A DNA stretch of 64,000 bases from Desulfosoma sp. Its GTDB lineage: Bacteria; Desulfobacterota; Syntrophobacteria; Syntrophobacterales; DSM-9756. The notes under the pieces are model-generated. The model ran no database searches. It was not told the origin of the DNA and saw only the letters and a program-made list of their open reading frames with translations. The stretch spans positions 32,001 to 96,000 of the forward strand of contig JBBFKW010000005.1 of NCBI GenBank assembly GCA_037481835.1, in the 5' to 3' direction. The first letter of the stretch is position 1, and each line of letters opens with the position of its first letter. A program made the position numbers and the translations under genes. Positions 20,141 to 31,341 of the stretch are shown in pieces.

Positions 20141-20206
20141 CCGCGGCCGGACGGTGTGGAGGCGAATGCGCCGTGCCGCCTCCACGCCATTCGGGCGCGG
20201 TTTTTT
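20141..20206 (+). terminator. Probable intrinsic terminator after htpX
   Basis: Long GC stem (GGTGTGGAGGCG/CGCCTCCACGCC) followed by a T-run. Confidence 0.5.
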
Positions 20207-20300
20207 CATTTTGACACCGCCCGCCTTTTTCACTAAAGCTCCCCAATGGTGTGTGCGTTCCAAGTTTCACATCCTCAATGCTCATCGCGGCGCGTCATGA

Positions 20301-21623
<1,323 letters not shown>

Positions 21624-21725
21624 GCTTAAGGCTCGCTTCCAAGACCACCCTCCCCAACAACAGACCCCGTAATATTATCGGCTCAAGCCCGGGTCCGCCC
21701 GGGCTTGGGCCTGTTATTGTTGGGG

Positions 21726-21769
21726 TTGACAGAATTTTCCCCAGAGGGATATAGTGAATTTGATCACGA
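21726..21769 (+). promoter_or_regulatory. Candidate sigma70 promoter for fdh with an overlapping Rex-like box
   Basis: TTGACA (21726) -18 nt- TATAGT (21750); TAGTGAA-TTTG-ATCACGA (21752-21769) resembles the Rex consensus TTGTGAA-N4-TTCACAA. Confidence 0.55.
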
Positions 21770-22145
21770 CATCCATCCCCATCGTGCGCCTATGATGACC
21801 GCAATTCAGCAGGGGAGGGTCCCCATGGACGATTCCGGAAGGGGGATTCATGGCCTTTCCTGAAAGTTCCTCCTTTGACGCACGCCATGACGCCCTCCCC
21901 GCCGAGTCTTGTTCGCACTCGATTCTACCGGGTTTTCTCCTCCAATTCCATTGATGCGGTTTGTTGGGCCGACGGGCCCGCGGAGGCTTTTTTTCGCCTA
22001 GAACCACAAAAGCCGGAAGGGAGGTGAAACAGTCAATGCACATCTGAGGGGGTTCTGGGACACCGCCGAAGTCGGTGTGTCGCGTGATACCGCGACGATG
22101 TCAGGACATCCGTTTTTGTAGGTCATGTTGGACAGGAGGCCGGGA

Positions 22146-25100
22146 ATGAAGCTGTCGCGTCGAGACTTTCTCAAGATTTCCGGGGCGGCGACGGCGGGTT
22201 TGGCTCTGAGCGGCTGCACGACCATGGGGTTCGAAAAAAAACCCGTGGAAGAAAAGGCGTGGAAGCTCAGAACCAAGGACGCCAAAGAAACGCCCACCAT
22301 ATGCTGTTACTGCGGGGTCGGGTGCGGCATCATTTGCCACACCGACCGACAGACGGGCAAGGTCATCTACACGGAAGGGGACGCCGATCACCCCATCAAC
22401 CAGGGTTCTTTGTGCGCCAAGGGGGCATCGTCCTACCAGCTGGCCGTCAACGACAAGAGGGTGACCAAGGTTCTTTACCGGGCACCCTACAGCGATAAGT
22501 GGGAAGAAAAGTCTTGGGATTGGGCGCTCAAGGAAATCGCCGCCCGCGTCAAAGCGAGCCGAGACAAGAGCTTTACGGAAAAGAACGCCAAAGGCGAAGT
22601 GGTCAATCGGTGTGATGGGATCGCCTCGGTGGGCAGCGCCGCCTTGGACAACGAAGAATGCTGGATCTACCAGGCCATGCTCCGCGCCCTGGGACTGGTC
22701 TACATCGAACACCAGGCCCGCATTTGACACAGCGCCACGGTAGCGGCTCTGGCAGAGTCGTTCGGACGCGGCGCCATGACGAATCATTGGATCGACCTCA
22801 AGAACAGCGACTGCATCCTCATCATGGGGAGCAACGCTGCGGAAAACCATCCCATCTCCTTCCGCTGGATCATGAAGGCCAAGGATCGAGGAGCCACCCT
22901 CATCCATGTGGATCCCCGTTTCACACGCACGTCTTCCAAAGCGGACTTTTACACCGCTTTACGGTCCGGGACGGACATCGCCTTCTTGGGAGGCATGATC
23001 AACTATATCCTCTCCAACAATCTTTACTTCAAAGACTACGTGGTCCACTACTCCAACGCGAGTTTTATCGTCGGAGAGAAATACAGTTTTAAGGACGGAT
23101 TGTTTTCGGGGTTCGACCCGGCGACACGAAAGTATGACAAGAGTACTTGGGCTTATGAACTGGATGAAAACGGAGTCCCCAAGAAAGATTACACCTTAAA
23201 GCATCCCCGCTGCGTCTTCCAGCTGTTGAAGAAACATTATTCGCGATACACTCTGGACAAGGTATCCAAAGTCACCGGAACGCCTAAGGACGATCTTAAG
23301 AAGGTCTACGAACTGTACAGCGCCACGGGAAAGCCGGACAAAGCGGGGACCATCCTTTATGCCATGGGTTGGACGCAGCATACCGTGGGCGTGCAGAACA
23401 TCCGGGCCATGTCCATCATCCAGATTCTTTTGGGCAACATGGGAATTGCCGGAGGCGGGGTGAACGCCCTGCGCGGGGAATCCAACGTGCAAGGGTCCAC
23501 AGACCACGGGCTTCTCTATCACATTTGGCCCGGATACAATCCGGTCCCCACGGGGTCGGTGCCGACCTTGGCCGACTATGTGAAGAAGTACACCCCGGTG
23601 TCGAAAGACCCTATGAGCGCCAACTGGTGGCAGAACCGGCCGAAGTACGTGGTGAGCTTCCTCAAGGCCATGTTTGGTGATGCCGCGGACGCTTCCAACG
23701 ATTTCGGCTATGCGTGGATGCCCAAGCTGGACGACGGCAAGGCCTATAGCTGGTTGGATCTCTTCGATGCCATGTACCGGGGGCAATTCACCGGCTTTTT
23801 CGCCTGGGGTCAAAATCCGGCGTGCAGCGGCGCCAATTCCACCAAAACGCGGGACGCATTGGCCAAACTGGACTGGATGGTCAACGTCAATCTTTTCCAG
23901 AACGAGACGGCCTCCTTCTGGCAAGGGCCCGGCGTGGACCCGAAGAAAATCAAGACGGAAGTGTTTTTCTTGCCGTGCGCCGCCTTTATGGAAAAGGAAG
24001 GGTCCATCACCAACTCGGGCCGTTGGGCCCAGTGGCGCTACAAGGCCCAGGATCCCCCCGGGGACGCCAAACCCGATGGGGACATCATCGTGGAACTCTT
24101 CGAAGAAATCCGGAAACTCTACGCCAAGGGCGGTGGAGCGTTCCCCGATCCCATCTTGAAGCTCAGATGGGACTACGCGACCAACGGCCGTTTCGATCCC
24201 CACAAAGTCGCCCGAATGATCAACGGCGAATACACCAAGGATGTGACGATCCAGGACAAGGCTTACAAGAAAGGACAGCCGGTCACCTCTTTCGCGGCCT
24301 TAAGAGACGACGGGTCCACTTCCAGCGGAAACTGGCTCTACTGCCAGAGCTACAACGAAGCTGGAAACAACATGGCGAAACGCGACACCAAGGACGCCAG
24401 CGGGATCGGTCTCTATGCCAACTGGGCGTGGGCCTGGCCGCTAAACCGACGCATCCTCTACAACCGCGCCTCCGTAGACCTCATGGGACGGCCGTGGAAC
24501 CCTCAACGCCCCGTGATCACTTTTGCCGGGGAAGTGAAGGAAGGCAAGTATGTGTCGTCCAAGTGGGTGGGCGACGTGCCCGACGGCGGCTGGTATCCCA
24601 TGATGAACCCGGACGGCACGCCGCGCACGGACAGCAAGTACCCCTTCATCATGAAGCCCCACGGATTCGCCGACATTTTCGGCCCGGGTCTGGCGGACGG
24701 TCCTTTTCCGGAACATTATGAGCCCATTGAATGTCCCGTGGAAAAGAATCTGTTCAGTTCCCAGTTCACCAATCCCGTGGCTGCGAAGTACGGCACTGAA
24801 AAGGACATCTATAAGACCTGCGATCCCCGGTATCCTTTTGTCGGCACCACGTATCGGGTGACTGAACACTGGCAGACGGGGGTGCTCACGCGCTGGCTGC
24901 CATGGCTGCTTGAAGCGGAACCACAGATCTTCGTGGAAATGAGCGAGCAGCTGGCCAAGCTGCGGGGCATCAAGAACGGAGAAACGGTGGTCGTGGAATC
25001 CGCCCGAGGTTCCGTGGAAGCCGTAGCCATCGTGACCAAGCGCTTCCGGCCTTTCCTCGTCCACGGTCAGGAAATCCACCAGGTGGGGCTGCCATGGCAT

Positions 25101-25229
25101 TACGGATGGGTGTGGCCGCCGCAAGGGGGTGAGAGTGCCAACCTGCTCACGCCGTCCACGGGAGACCCCAACACCCGCATTCCGGAAACCAAGGCTTTTA
25201 TGGTCAACGTGCGAAAGAAGGGAGCCTAG
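22146..25229 (+). CDS. fdhA: Formate dehydrogenase alpha subunit, selenocysteine-containing (Mo/W-bisPGD, Tat-exported)
   Basis: The two ORF-track pieces are in frame across TGA 22725-22727 in context EHQARI-U-HSATVAALAESFGRGAMTNHW; SRRDFLK Tat motif; CCYCGVGC cluster motif. Confidence 0.95.
22743..22761 (+). promoter_or_regulatory. SECIS element of fdhA
   Basis: Hairpin GCGGCTCT-GGC-AGAGTCGT; loop starts after a 23-nt spacer from the UGA. Confidence 0.75.
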
Positions 25230-25232
25230 GCC

Positions 25233-25964
25233 ATGGCAGGAATGAGCTTTTTCATCGACACGACCCGATGTACGGCCTGCCGTGGGTGCCAGATCGCATG
25301 CAAGAACTGGAACCAAAACGGCGCCAGTATGACCAAGAACACGGGAAGCCACCAGAACCCGCCGGATCTGGACGGCAATACGTTCAAGCTGGTGCGCTTC
25401 AGTGAATCGGAAGCGGCCGGCAAGCCGGTTTGGTACTTCTTTGCGGACCAATGCCGCCATTGCCTGGAGCCTCCGTGCAAGGACGCCATCGCCGGCTACA
25501 CGGACGGCGCGGTGATTCACGACGAGGAAACGGGCGCGGTGGTTTATAACGAAAAGACTAAAGGGGTGCCCATCGACGACGTGCGGGGAGCCTGCCCGTA
25601 CGACATTCCCCGGGCTCGCGAGGACGGCCGGATCGTCAAGTGCACCATGTGCATCGACCGGGTGAAAAACGGCCTGATTCCCGCCTGCGTCAAGGTGTGC
25701 CCTACGGGCGCCATGAACTTCGGCGTCCGTGAAACCATGTTGGAAATGGCCAAGAAGCGCCTGGCGGACCTCAAAGAAAAATACCCCAAGGCGCAGCTCC
25801 TCAATCCGGACGAGGTCCGGGTCATCTACCTCGTCGTGGACGATCCGGCAAAGTACCACAGCCATGCCGTGGCCAGTCTGAGCTCGGGCATCGACCGCAA
25901 GTTGGCCTTGCGAAGGCTGTTCCGGCCGGCGAAGACCTTGGTCCAGGGGTTGCCCATAGCGTAG
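25233..25964 (+). CDS. fdhB: Formate dehydrogenase iron-sulfur (beta) subunit
   Basis: CTACRGCQIACK, QCRHCLEPPC, ACPYDIP, KCTMCIDR...ACVKVCPTGA. Confidence 0.93.
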   Translation: MAGMSFFIDTTRCTACRGCQIACKNWNQNGASMTKNTGSHQNPPDLDGNTFKLVRFSESEAAGKPVWYFFADQCRHCLEPPCKDAIAGYTDGAVIHDEETGAVVYNEKTKGVPIDDVRGACPYDIPRAREDGRIVKCTMCIDRVKNGLIPACVKVCPTGAMNFGVRETMLEMAKKRLADLKEKYPKAQLLNPDEVRVIYLVVDDPAKYHSHAVASLSSGIDRKLALRRLFRPAKTLVQGLPIA

Positions 25965-26015
25965 CGGACACGGGCACAGGCCATCTGGTGCGCTGCGTTC
26001 GCCTTGTATGACGAC

Positions 26016-26047
26016 AAGAGGGACGGCTCGGTCCGTCCCTCTTTTTT
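26016..26047 (+). terminator. Intrinsic terminator between fdhB and fdhE
   Basis: AAGAGGGACGG-CTCGGT-CCGTCCCTCTT followed by TTTT. Confidence 0.7.
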
Positions 26048-26065
26048 CGACAAGAGGATGTTTCG

Positions 26066-26971
26066 ATGCTTTTGGATCCTGAAGCGAGAATGCGAAAGGC
26101 TGTGGCGTTCGCCCGCACGGCGAAGCCCGCCTACCAGGAACTCTACGATTTCCTCGAAAAACTGTTTTCGGCCCAACTGGCGGCGAAAAAACATCTTACC
26201 GTCCCCCCTACGCCCATGGATGCTTCGTTCATTCAAGCTCAGTGGCGTTCAGGGCGACCGTTGATGCGCCGCTGGGACTTTCCCCTGGATATTCATGCTG
26301 CGGAAGCGGTCCTTAAAGCCGTTACCGAGGCTGTACCGGCCGACAACCGGGAACTTTCCGGAGCCTGTTCGGCTTTGGCCCAAGCCCTGGCCAGCAATCC
26401 ATCGGCCAAAGACGCTGTCTGGGAAAGCTTTTTGCACCACGAATGGAACCCTTGGGAAGAATGGGTGGAGACGGCCGGGGTGGATCTGCCGTCGCTGCTC
26501 TATGTGGCCCGAAGCTGCCTTCGCCCCAGCGTGGAATGGACGGCGGAAGAACTCGTAAAAAACGCATCCCCTGACGAAACCTGGAAGGAAGGCCATTGCC
26601 CCATCTGCGGGTCTCTGCCCGCCCTCATTACCTTGGAAGGCCAAGGAGAGCGGCGGGCTCACTGTTCGTGGTGCGGCACGCCGTACCGCTTGGCCCGATT
26701 TCAGTGCCCGGTGTGCAACAATCGTCGTCACGATTCCCTCGGTTACCTCTATGCGGAAGAAGAGCCGCGGTACCGGATCGACTATTGCACGGAATGCCGC
26801 CACTACTTCAAAACCGTGGACACCCGTGAACTTTTGTGGCCGATCTGGACTCCGTTGGAAGAATGGACGACCCTCCACCTGGACCTGGTGGCCCAGCGGG
26901 CTCAATGGAAAACGCCTCCGTCGCCGGCTCCGGCCGTCTACGAAGCCGATACGCCCGCCGTTCCGTCTTGA
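26066..26971 (+). CDS. fdhE: Formate dehydrogenase accessory protein FdhE
   Basis: CPICGS, CSWCG, CPVC, CTECRHYFK, TLHLD; follows fdhAB. Confidence 0.88.
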   Translation: MLLDPEARMRKAVAFARTAKPAYQELYDFLEKLFSAQLAAKKHLTVPPTPMDASFIQAQWRSGRPLMRRWDFPLDIHAAEAVLKAVTEAVPADNRELSGACSALAQALASNPSAKDAVWESFLHHEWNPWEEWVETAGVDLPSLLYVARSCLRPSVEWTAEELVKNASPDETWKEGHCPICGSLPALITLEGQGERRAHCSWCGTPYRLARFQCPVCNNRRHDSLGYLYAEEEPRYRIDYCTECRHYFKTVDTRELLWPIWTPLEEWTTLHLDLVAQRAQWKTPPSPAPAVYEADTPAVPS

Positions 26972-27059
26972 CTCCCCGGGACCTTGCCGTCATTATGCCC
27001 AGAAGGGGTTGTTTGAACCCCGAGGGAGTCAAGAACGCGCCAACAGTTCAAGGACGACG

Positions 27060-28997
27060 ATGGTCATGGCCTTTATGCGACAGTGGCCGAGCCTTTACCG
27101 GGAGCGCTCGGGGAACGCGTCGGAGGTTCTCGCCAAGGTTTTACAAGACGGATGCCGGGTCTTCGTGGGATCGGCGGCGGCCGAACCTCAGCATCTAGTC
27201 CGGACCCTGGTGGAACTGCTTCCTCGGTATCGCGATGTGGAGATCTTCCAGGCCTTGTCCATGGGGGCCCTGCCCGAGGACTGGTCCGGGCTGGCCCCGC
27301 ACGCCCGGTTGCGGACGTTTTTTCTCGGGCCGAAGAGCCGCAAAGCGGCCAACTCGGGACTGGCGGACTACATTCCCCTCTATTTCAGCCAGGTGCCCAA
27401 GCTCCTTCGGGAAGAAAGTCCCTTGAGCCGTGATGTGTGCCTCGTCCAAGTCTGCCCGCCCGACGCCCACGGGTTCTGTTCTTTGGGCATCGGGGTGGAC
27501 ATCGCAAAGATCGCCGCGGAACATTCCCAAGTGGTGATCGCGCAGGTCAACCCCCGCATGCCCCGAACCCTGGGAGACACCTTTGTGCATGTGAGCCGGA
27601 TTCATCACTTTGTGGAGTATGAGGAGCCTTTGCTGGAGATGACCTACGGGGAAAAGAGCGCCATGGCCGAACGCATGGCCCGCTACGTCTCCAGCCTGGT
27701 CGATGACGGCGCCACGATCCAAGTGGGTTTGGGGCGGATCACCAATGCGGTCCTCAGGCACCTTGCCGACAAGAACGATTTGGGCGTCCACTCGGAAATG
27801 ATCACTGACGTCCACCTGGAACTCATTCACAAAGGGGTCATCACGGGCCGCCGCAAATCCCTGCACCGGGGCAAGGTGATCACGAGCTTCTGCATCGGAT
27901 CGCGGGACCTTTACGACTTCGTCCACAACAACCCTCAGGTGGAATTCCACCCCATCGACTACGTGAACAACAGCCGCATCATCAGCCAAAACGATCAGAT
28001 GACGGCCATCAATTCCGCCCTGGAAATCGATCTGACGGGGCAAGTGTGCGCCGATTCCATCGGCCATAGGATCTACAGCGGCATCGGCGGGTATGTGGAT
28101 TTCATGCTGGGCGCTTCGGGAGCCCATCGCGGCAAGACGATCATCGTGTTGCCGTCCACGAGTCCGGACGGGAGAAAGTCGCGGATCGTGAGCCGATTGA
28201 CGGACGGCGCGGGGGTGGTCAGTTCCCGCAGCGTGGTCCAATACGTGGTCACAGAATTCGGCATCGCTTACCTGCACGGCAAGACGATTCGCGAAAGGGC
28301 TTTGGCGCTCATCAACATCGCCCATCCCAAGTTCCGCGAAAAACTCCTGGAAGAGGCCAAGAGCCTGCGCTATGTCTACCAGGATCAGATTCTCCCGCCC
28401 GTTTTCGAACCGCTCTATCCGGGCCAATGGGAAACCCACCAGATTTTCCCGGAAAACGAGAAGGTTTTCTTCCGCCCCATCAAGCCGACGGACGAGCGGG
28501 CCCTGCAGGAATTCTTTTACTCCCTTCCCGATCAGGACATTTATTACCGTTTCCTTTCGGCCATGCGCGTCTTTCCCCATCGCGACACTCAGGCCATGTG
28601 CAATATCGACTACGAACAGGAAATGGCCATCGTGGGCGTCATCGGAGAAATCGGCTCGGAAACCATCATCGGGTTGGGGCGCTACATATTGGATCAGAAG
28701 ACCAACATGGCCGAAGTGGATTTCGCCGTGCGCGCGGAATGGCAGCGCAAGGGCATCGGAACCTTTTTGCTCCACTACCTGTGCGAAATCGCCAAGGCCA
28801 AAGGCATTACGGGCTTTACGGCCTACGTGCTGGCGTCCAACCGAAAGATGCTTTCGGTTTTCCATAAAGTCGGCTATGTGATTCACAGCACCCTGGAAGA
28901 TGGGATTTACGAAATCGCTTTTCGCTTCGACGAGCCCGCCCGGGTGTGCTTGACGGAACCTTCGGAATGTTCCTCTGAGGAGTCCCGCGCCCCATGA
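27060..28997 (+). CDS. Acetyl-CoA hydrolase/transferase fused to a C-terminal GNAT acetyltransferase
   Basis: AEPQHL, QVNPRMPRTLG, LGVHSEM, INSALEIDLTGQV, SGIGG, VVTEFG; then RPIKPTD...WQRKGIGT. Confidence 0.88.
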   Translation: MVMAFMRQWPSLYRERSGNASEVLAKVLQDGCRVFVGSAAAEPQHLVRTLVELLPRYRDVEIFQALSMGALPEDWSGLAPHARLRTFFLGPKSRKAANSGLADYIPLYFSQVPKLLREESPLSRDVCLVQVCPPDAHGFCSLGIGVDIAKIAAEHSQVVIAQVNPRMPRTLGDTFVHVSRIHHFVEYEEPLLEMTYGEKSAMAERMARYVSSLVDDGATIQVGLGRITNAVLRHLADKNDLGVHSEMITDVHLELIHKGVITGRRKSLHRGKVITSFCIGSRDLYDFVHNNPQVEFHPIDYVNNSRIISQNDQMTAINSALEIDLTGQVCADSIGHRIYSGIGGYVDFMLGASGAHRGKTIIVLPSTSPDGRKSRIVSRLTDGAGVVSSRSVVQYVVTEFGIAYLHGKTIRERALALINIAHPKFREKLLEEAKSLRYVYQDQILPPVFEPLYPGQWETHQIFPENEKVFFRPIKPTDERALQEFFYSLPDQDIYYRFLSAMRVFPHRDTQAMCNIDYEQEMAIVGVIGEIGSETIIGLGRYILDQKTNMAEVDFAVRAEWQRKGIGTFLLHYLCEIAKAKGITGFTAYVLASNRKMLSVFHKVGYVIHSTLEDGIYEIAFRFDEPARVCLTEPSECSSEESRAP

Positions 28998-29689
28998 GTT
29001 GGTTGAGCCCTGCATCGGGAACGCCCCAATTTTTGCCCGAAACTTCACCCTCCTCTTTGACCGGATCCATCGACCCCAAGCACCTCGCCTTCGACATCGA
29101 CGGTGTGGTGGCGGACACCATGAAGGTTTTTGTGGACTTGGCGCGAGAGCGCTACGGGCTCCGTTATCTCACCAAAGAGCACCTGACGTGCTACGACCTG
29201 CGCCGTTGCGTGGCTGCTCCCACCCATGTGATCGACGAACTCATCTGCCTGACCCTCGACGACGAGCACACCGCCAGGATCCCGGCCATGGAAGGCGCCG
29301 CCCATGTTCTCGAGCAGCTGGCTGAGAGAGGCCCCCTGCGCTTCGTCACAGCTCGGGTATGGCCGGAATCCATTGAAAGGTGGTTGCACGCGCTTCTGCC
29401 CCGGATCGATCGCCGAGCCATCACGGTCATCGCGACGGGGGATCCTGAACGCAAACACGCCATCCTCCATGCCATGGAGGTGCGTCATTTTGTGGAAGAC
29501 CGTTTGGAAACCTGCCATCTCTTGGCTCGAAACGGCATTCAACCCATCCTTTTTGATCAGCCTTGGAATCGGGAACCGGCGCCTTTCCCAAGGGTTTCCA
29601 CATGGTATGAGCTTGCAGAGATTCTCAAACTCGGCCGGCCCCCGGAATCGACGTCGGAGACGACCGTCGAACGCACGCCCGAAGGGTAA
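28994..29689 (+). CDS. HAD-superfamily hydrolase (5'-nucleotidase-like)
   Basis: FDIDGVVADT, FVTAR, FVEDR, FDQPWN. Confidence 0.8.
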   Translation: MSWLSPASGTPQFLPETSPSSLTGSIDPKHLAFDIDGVVADTMKVFVDLARERYGLRYLTKEHLTCYDLRRCVAAPTHVIDELICLTLDDEHTARIPAMEGAAHVLEQLAERGPLRFVTARVWPESIERWLHALLPRIDRRAITVIATGDPERKHAILHAMEVRHFVEDRLETCHLLARNGIQPILFDQPWNREPAPFPRVSTWYELAEILKLGRPPESTSETTVERTPEG

Positions 29690-29694
29690 CGACG

Positions 29695-30417
29695 ATGCTC
29701 AAACGCGTGCCAAACCAGCCGACTTTTCAAATCAAAGCGGACCGAGACGGTTTTCTTCTGATTTTGAACGGAGGCTTTCCGCTGGATGACATCCTGGATG
29801 ATCTGCGCAAGAAGGTCATCGAGTCCCGCGGATTTTTTCAAAAGGCCCGCATGATCCTGGATCTGAGGGAAAGGGTTTTTAGCGCAGACGAAGTGCAGGT
29901 CATCCGCACCCTTCTGGAAGATGTGGGCGGCATTGAACTCCATGAAATCCGTCTGGGCGAAAATCTCCAATCGTTCTTGAGATGGGCTTCCGGTCTGCTT
30001 GGGATCACTGTGTCGGTGCCCGCTTTGAACCACGCGACGTCGGCTTCCTGTGGAGAGGACGATCCCGGTCCCATGGGGGATAAGGACCTTCAGAGCGCCC
30101 CGCTGGTCGTGCGCCAAACCTGCCGGTCCGGCACGCGCATCGAATCCCCCGCGGAACTCATCATCCTCGGGGATGTGAATCCCGGGGCGGAGATCCTGGC
30201 TGCGCGGGACATTATCGTTTTTGGAACCTTGCGGGGCATCGCCCATGCCGGCGTTTACGGCGACCGATCCGCCAAGATCTGGGGCCTGCACATCGAACCG
30301 CAACAGCTGCGCATCGCCGATGTGGTGGCGGTTCCCCCCCGGGAACGGACAGCCAAACCCAAACGCTACGAAGTCGCCGAAGTGCAAGGGGACCGCATTC
30401 AGGTGACCCGTTTCTGA
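29695..30417 (+). CDS. minC: Septum site-determining protein MinC
   Basis: RSGTRI...GDVNPGAEI...GTLRGIAHAG...QLRIA. Confidence 0.9.
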   Translation: MLKRVPNQPTFQIKADRDGFLLILNGGFPLDDILDDLRKKVIESRGFFQKARMILDLRERVFSADEVQVIRTLLEDVGGIELHEIRLGENLQSFLRWASGLLGITVSVPALNHATSASCGEDDPGPMGDKDLQSAPLVVRQTCRSGTRIESPAELIILGDVNPGAEILAARDIIVFGTLRGIAHAGVYGDRSAKIWGLHIEPQQLRIADVVAVPPRERTAKPKRYEVAEVQGDRIQVTRF

Positions 30418-30532
30418 AGCCATTTGTCAGATTGACAATCTGCCGGGAGCTTGAAAAACGCCTTACGGACATACCGCCCCGAAGCCGAATCGGCTTTGAG
30501 GAACCCAAAGCAGAGGCAAGGAAGGACGCACC

Positions 30533-31327
30533 ATGGCAGGACAAACACTCGTTGTCACCTCAGGGAAAGGGGGCGTCGGCAAGACCACGACCGTCGCCAA
30601 TCTGGGGACGGCCCTGGCCAAGAAGGGCTACAAAGTCGTCCTCATCGACGCGGACATCGGCCTTCGCAATCTGGATGTGGTCATGGGGTTGGAAAACCGC
30701 ATCGTCTACAACCTTGTGGACATCGTGGAGGGCAAGTGCCGCATCGAACAGGCCATGATTCGAGACCGGAAGCTAAAGACCCTGCACATCATTCCCGCGG
30801 CCCAAACCCGCGAAAAGGATGCGGTCACGCCCGAACAGATGAAAACCCTGTGCGAAGAATTGGCCGCGGAAAACGACTATGTCATCGTCGACTGCCCGGC
30901 GGGCATTGAACGGGGCTTCAAGAACGCCATCGCCGGGGCCCAAAGGGCCCTCGTGGTCACCACCCCGGAAGTCTCCGCCATTCGAGATGCGGACCGGGTC
31001 ATCGGTCTTCTGGAAGCCAACATGCTCAAGGATATCCACCTGATCATCAACCGGCTGAACGTCAAGATGGTGAAAAAAGGGGACATGATGTCCACAGCGG
31101 ACATCGTCTCTTTGCTGTCCATTCCCCTGATCGGCGTCATTCCGGAAAGCAGCGAGGTGGTTGTGTCCACCAACCGCGGCGTGCCTCTGGTTCATGAGCG
31201 AGGAAGCCGTGTCGGCCAGGCTTTCCAAAAGATCGCCGCCCGTCTGAACGGCGAAAACATCCCCTTGGACGACGACGATGATGACAGCGGGTTCTTGAGC
31301 CGATTCAAGCGGATTTTCGGGGGCTGA
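30533..31327 (+). CDS. minD: Septum site-determining ATPase MinD
   Basis: TSGKGGVGKTT, DIGLRNLD, DCPAGIE, PEVSAIRDADR; C-terminal amphipathic helix FLSRFKRIFGG. Confidence 0.96.
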   Translation: MAGQTLVVTSGKGGVGKTTTVANLGTALAKKGYKVVLIDADIGLRNLDVVMGLENRIVYNLVDIVEGKCRIEQAMIRDRKLKTLHIIPAAQTREKDAVTPEQMKTLCEELAAENDYVIVDCPAGIERGFKNAIAGAQRALVVTTPEVSAIRDADRVIGLLEANMLKDIHLIINRLNVKMVKKGDMMSTADIVSLLSIPLIGVIPESSEVVVSTNRGVPLVHERGSRVGQAFQKIAARLNGENIPLDDDDDDSGFLSRFKRIFGG

Positions 31328-31341
31328 AAGGAGACGTCGTC

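Noticed and set aside
21850..22047. Longer leader frame with two in-frame UGAs as a selenoprotein
   Set aside because: The translation is not protein-like and the first UGA lacks a hairpin with the GGC-loop geometry.
22725..22727. fdhA as a nonsense pseudogene
   Set aside because: The TGA is at the catalytic Sec position, has a SECIS-like hairpin, and both halves are in frame.
27195..29048. Long antisense or alternate-frame ORFs (for example 27195-29048 -, 34276-36189 +, 54274-56085 +, 44468-45799 +)
   Set aside because: Shadow ORFs opposite well-supported genes, expected in high-GC DNA; no recognisable motifs.
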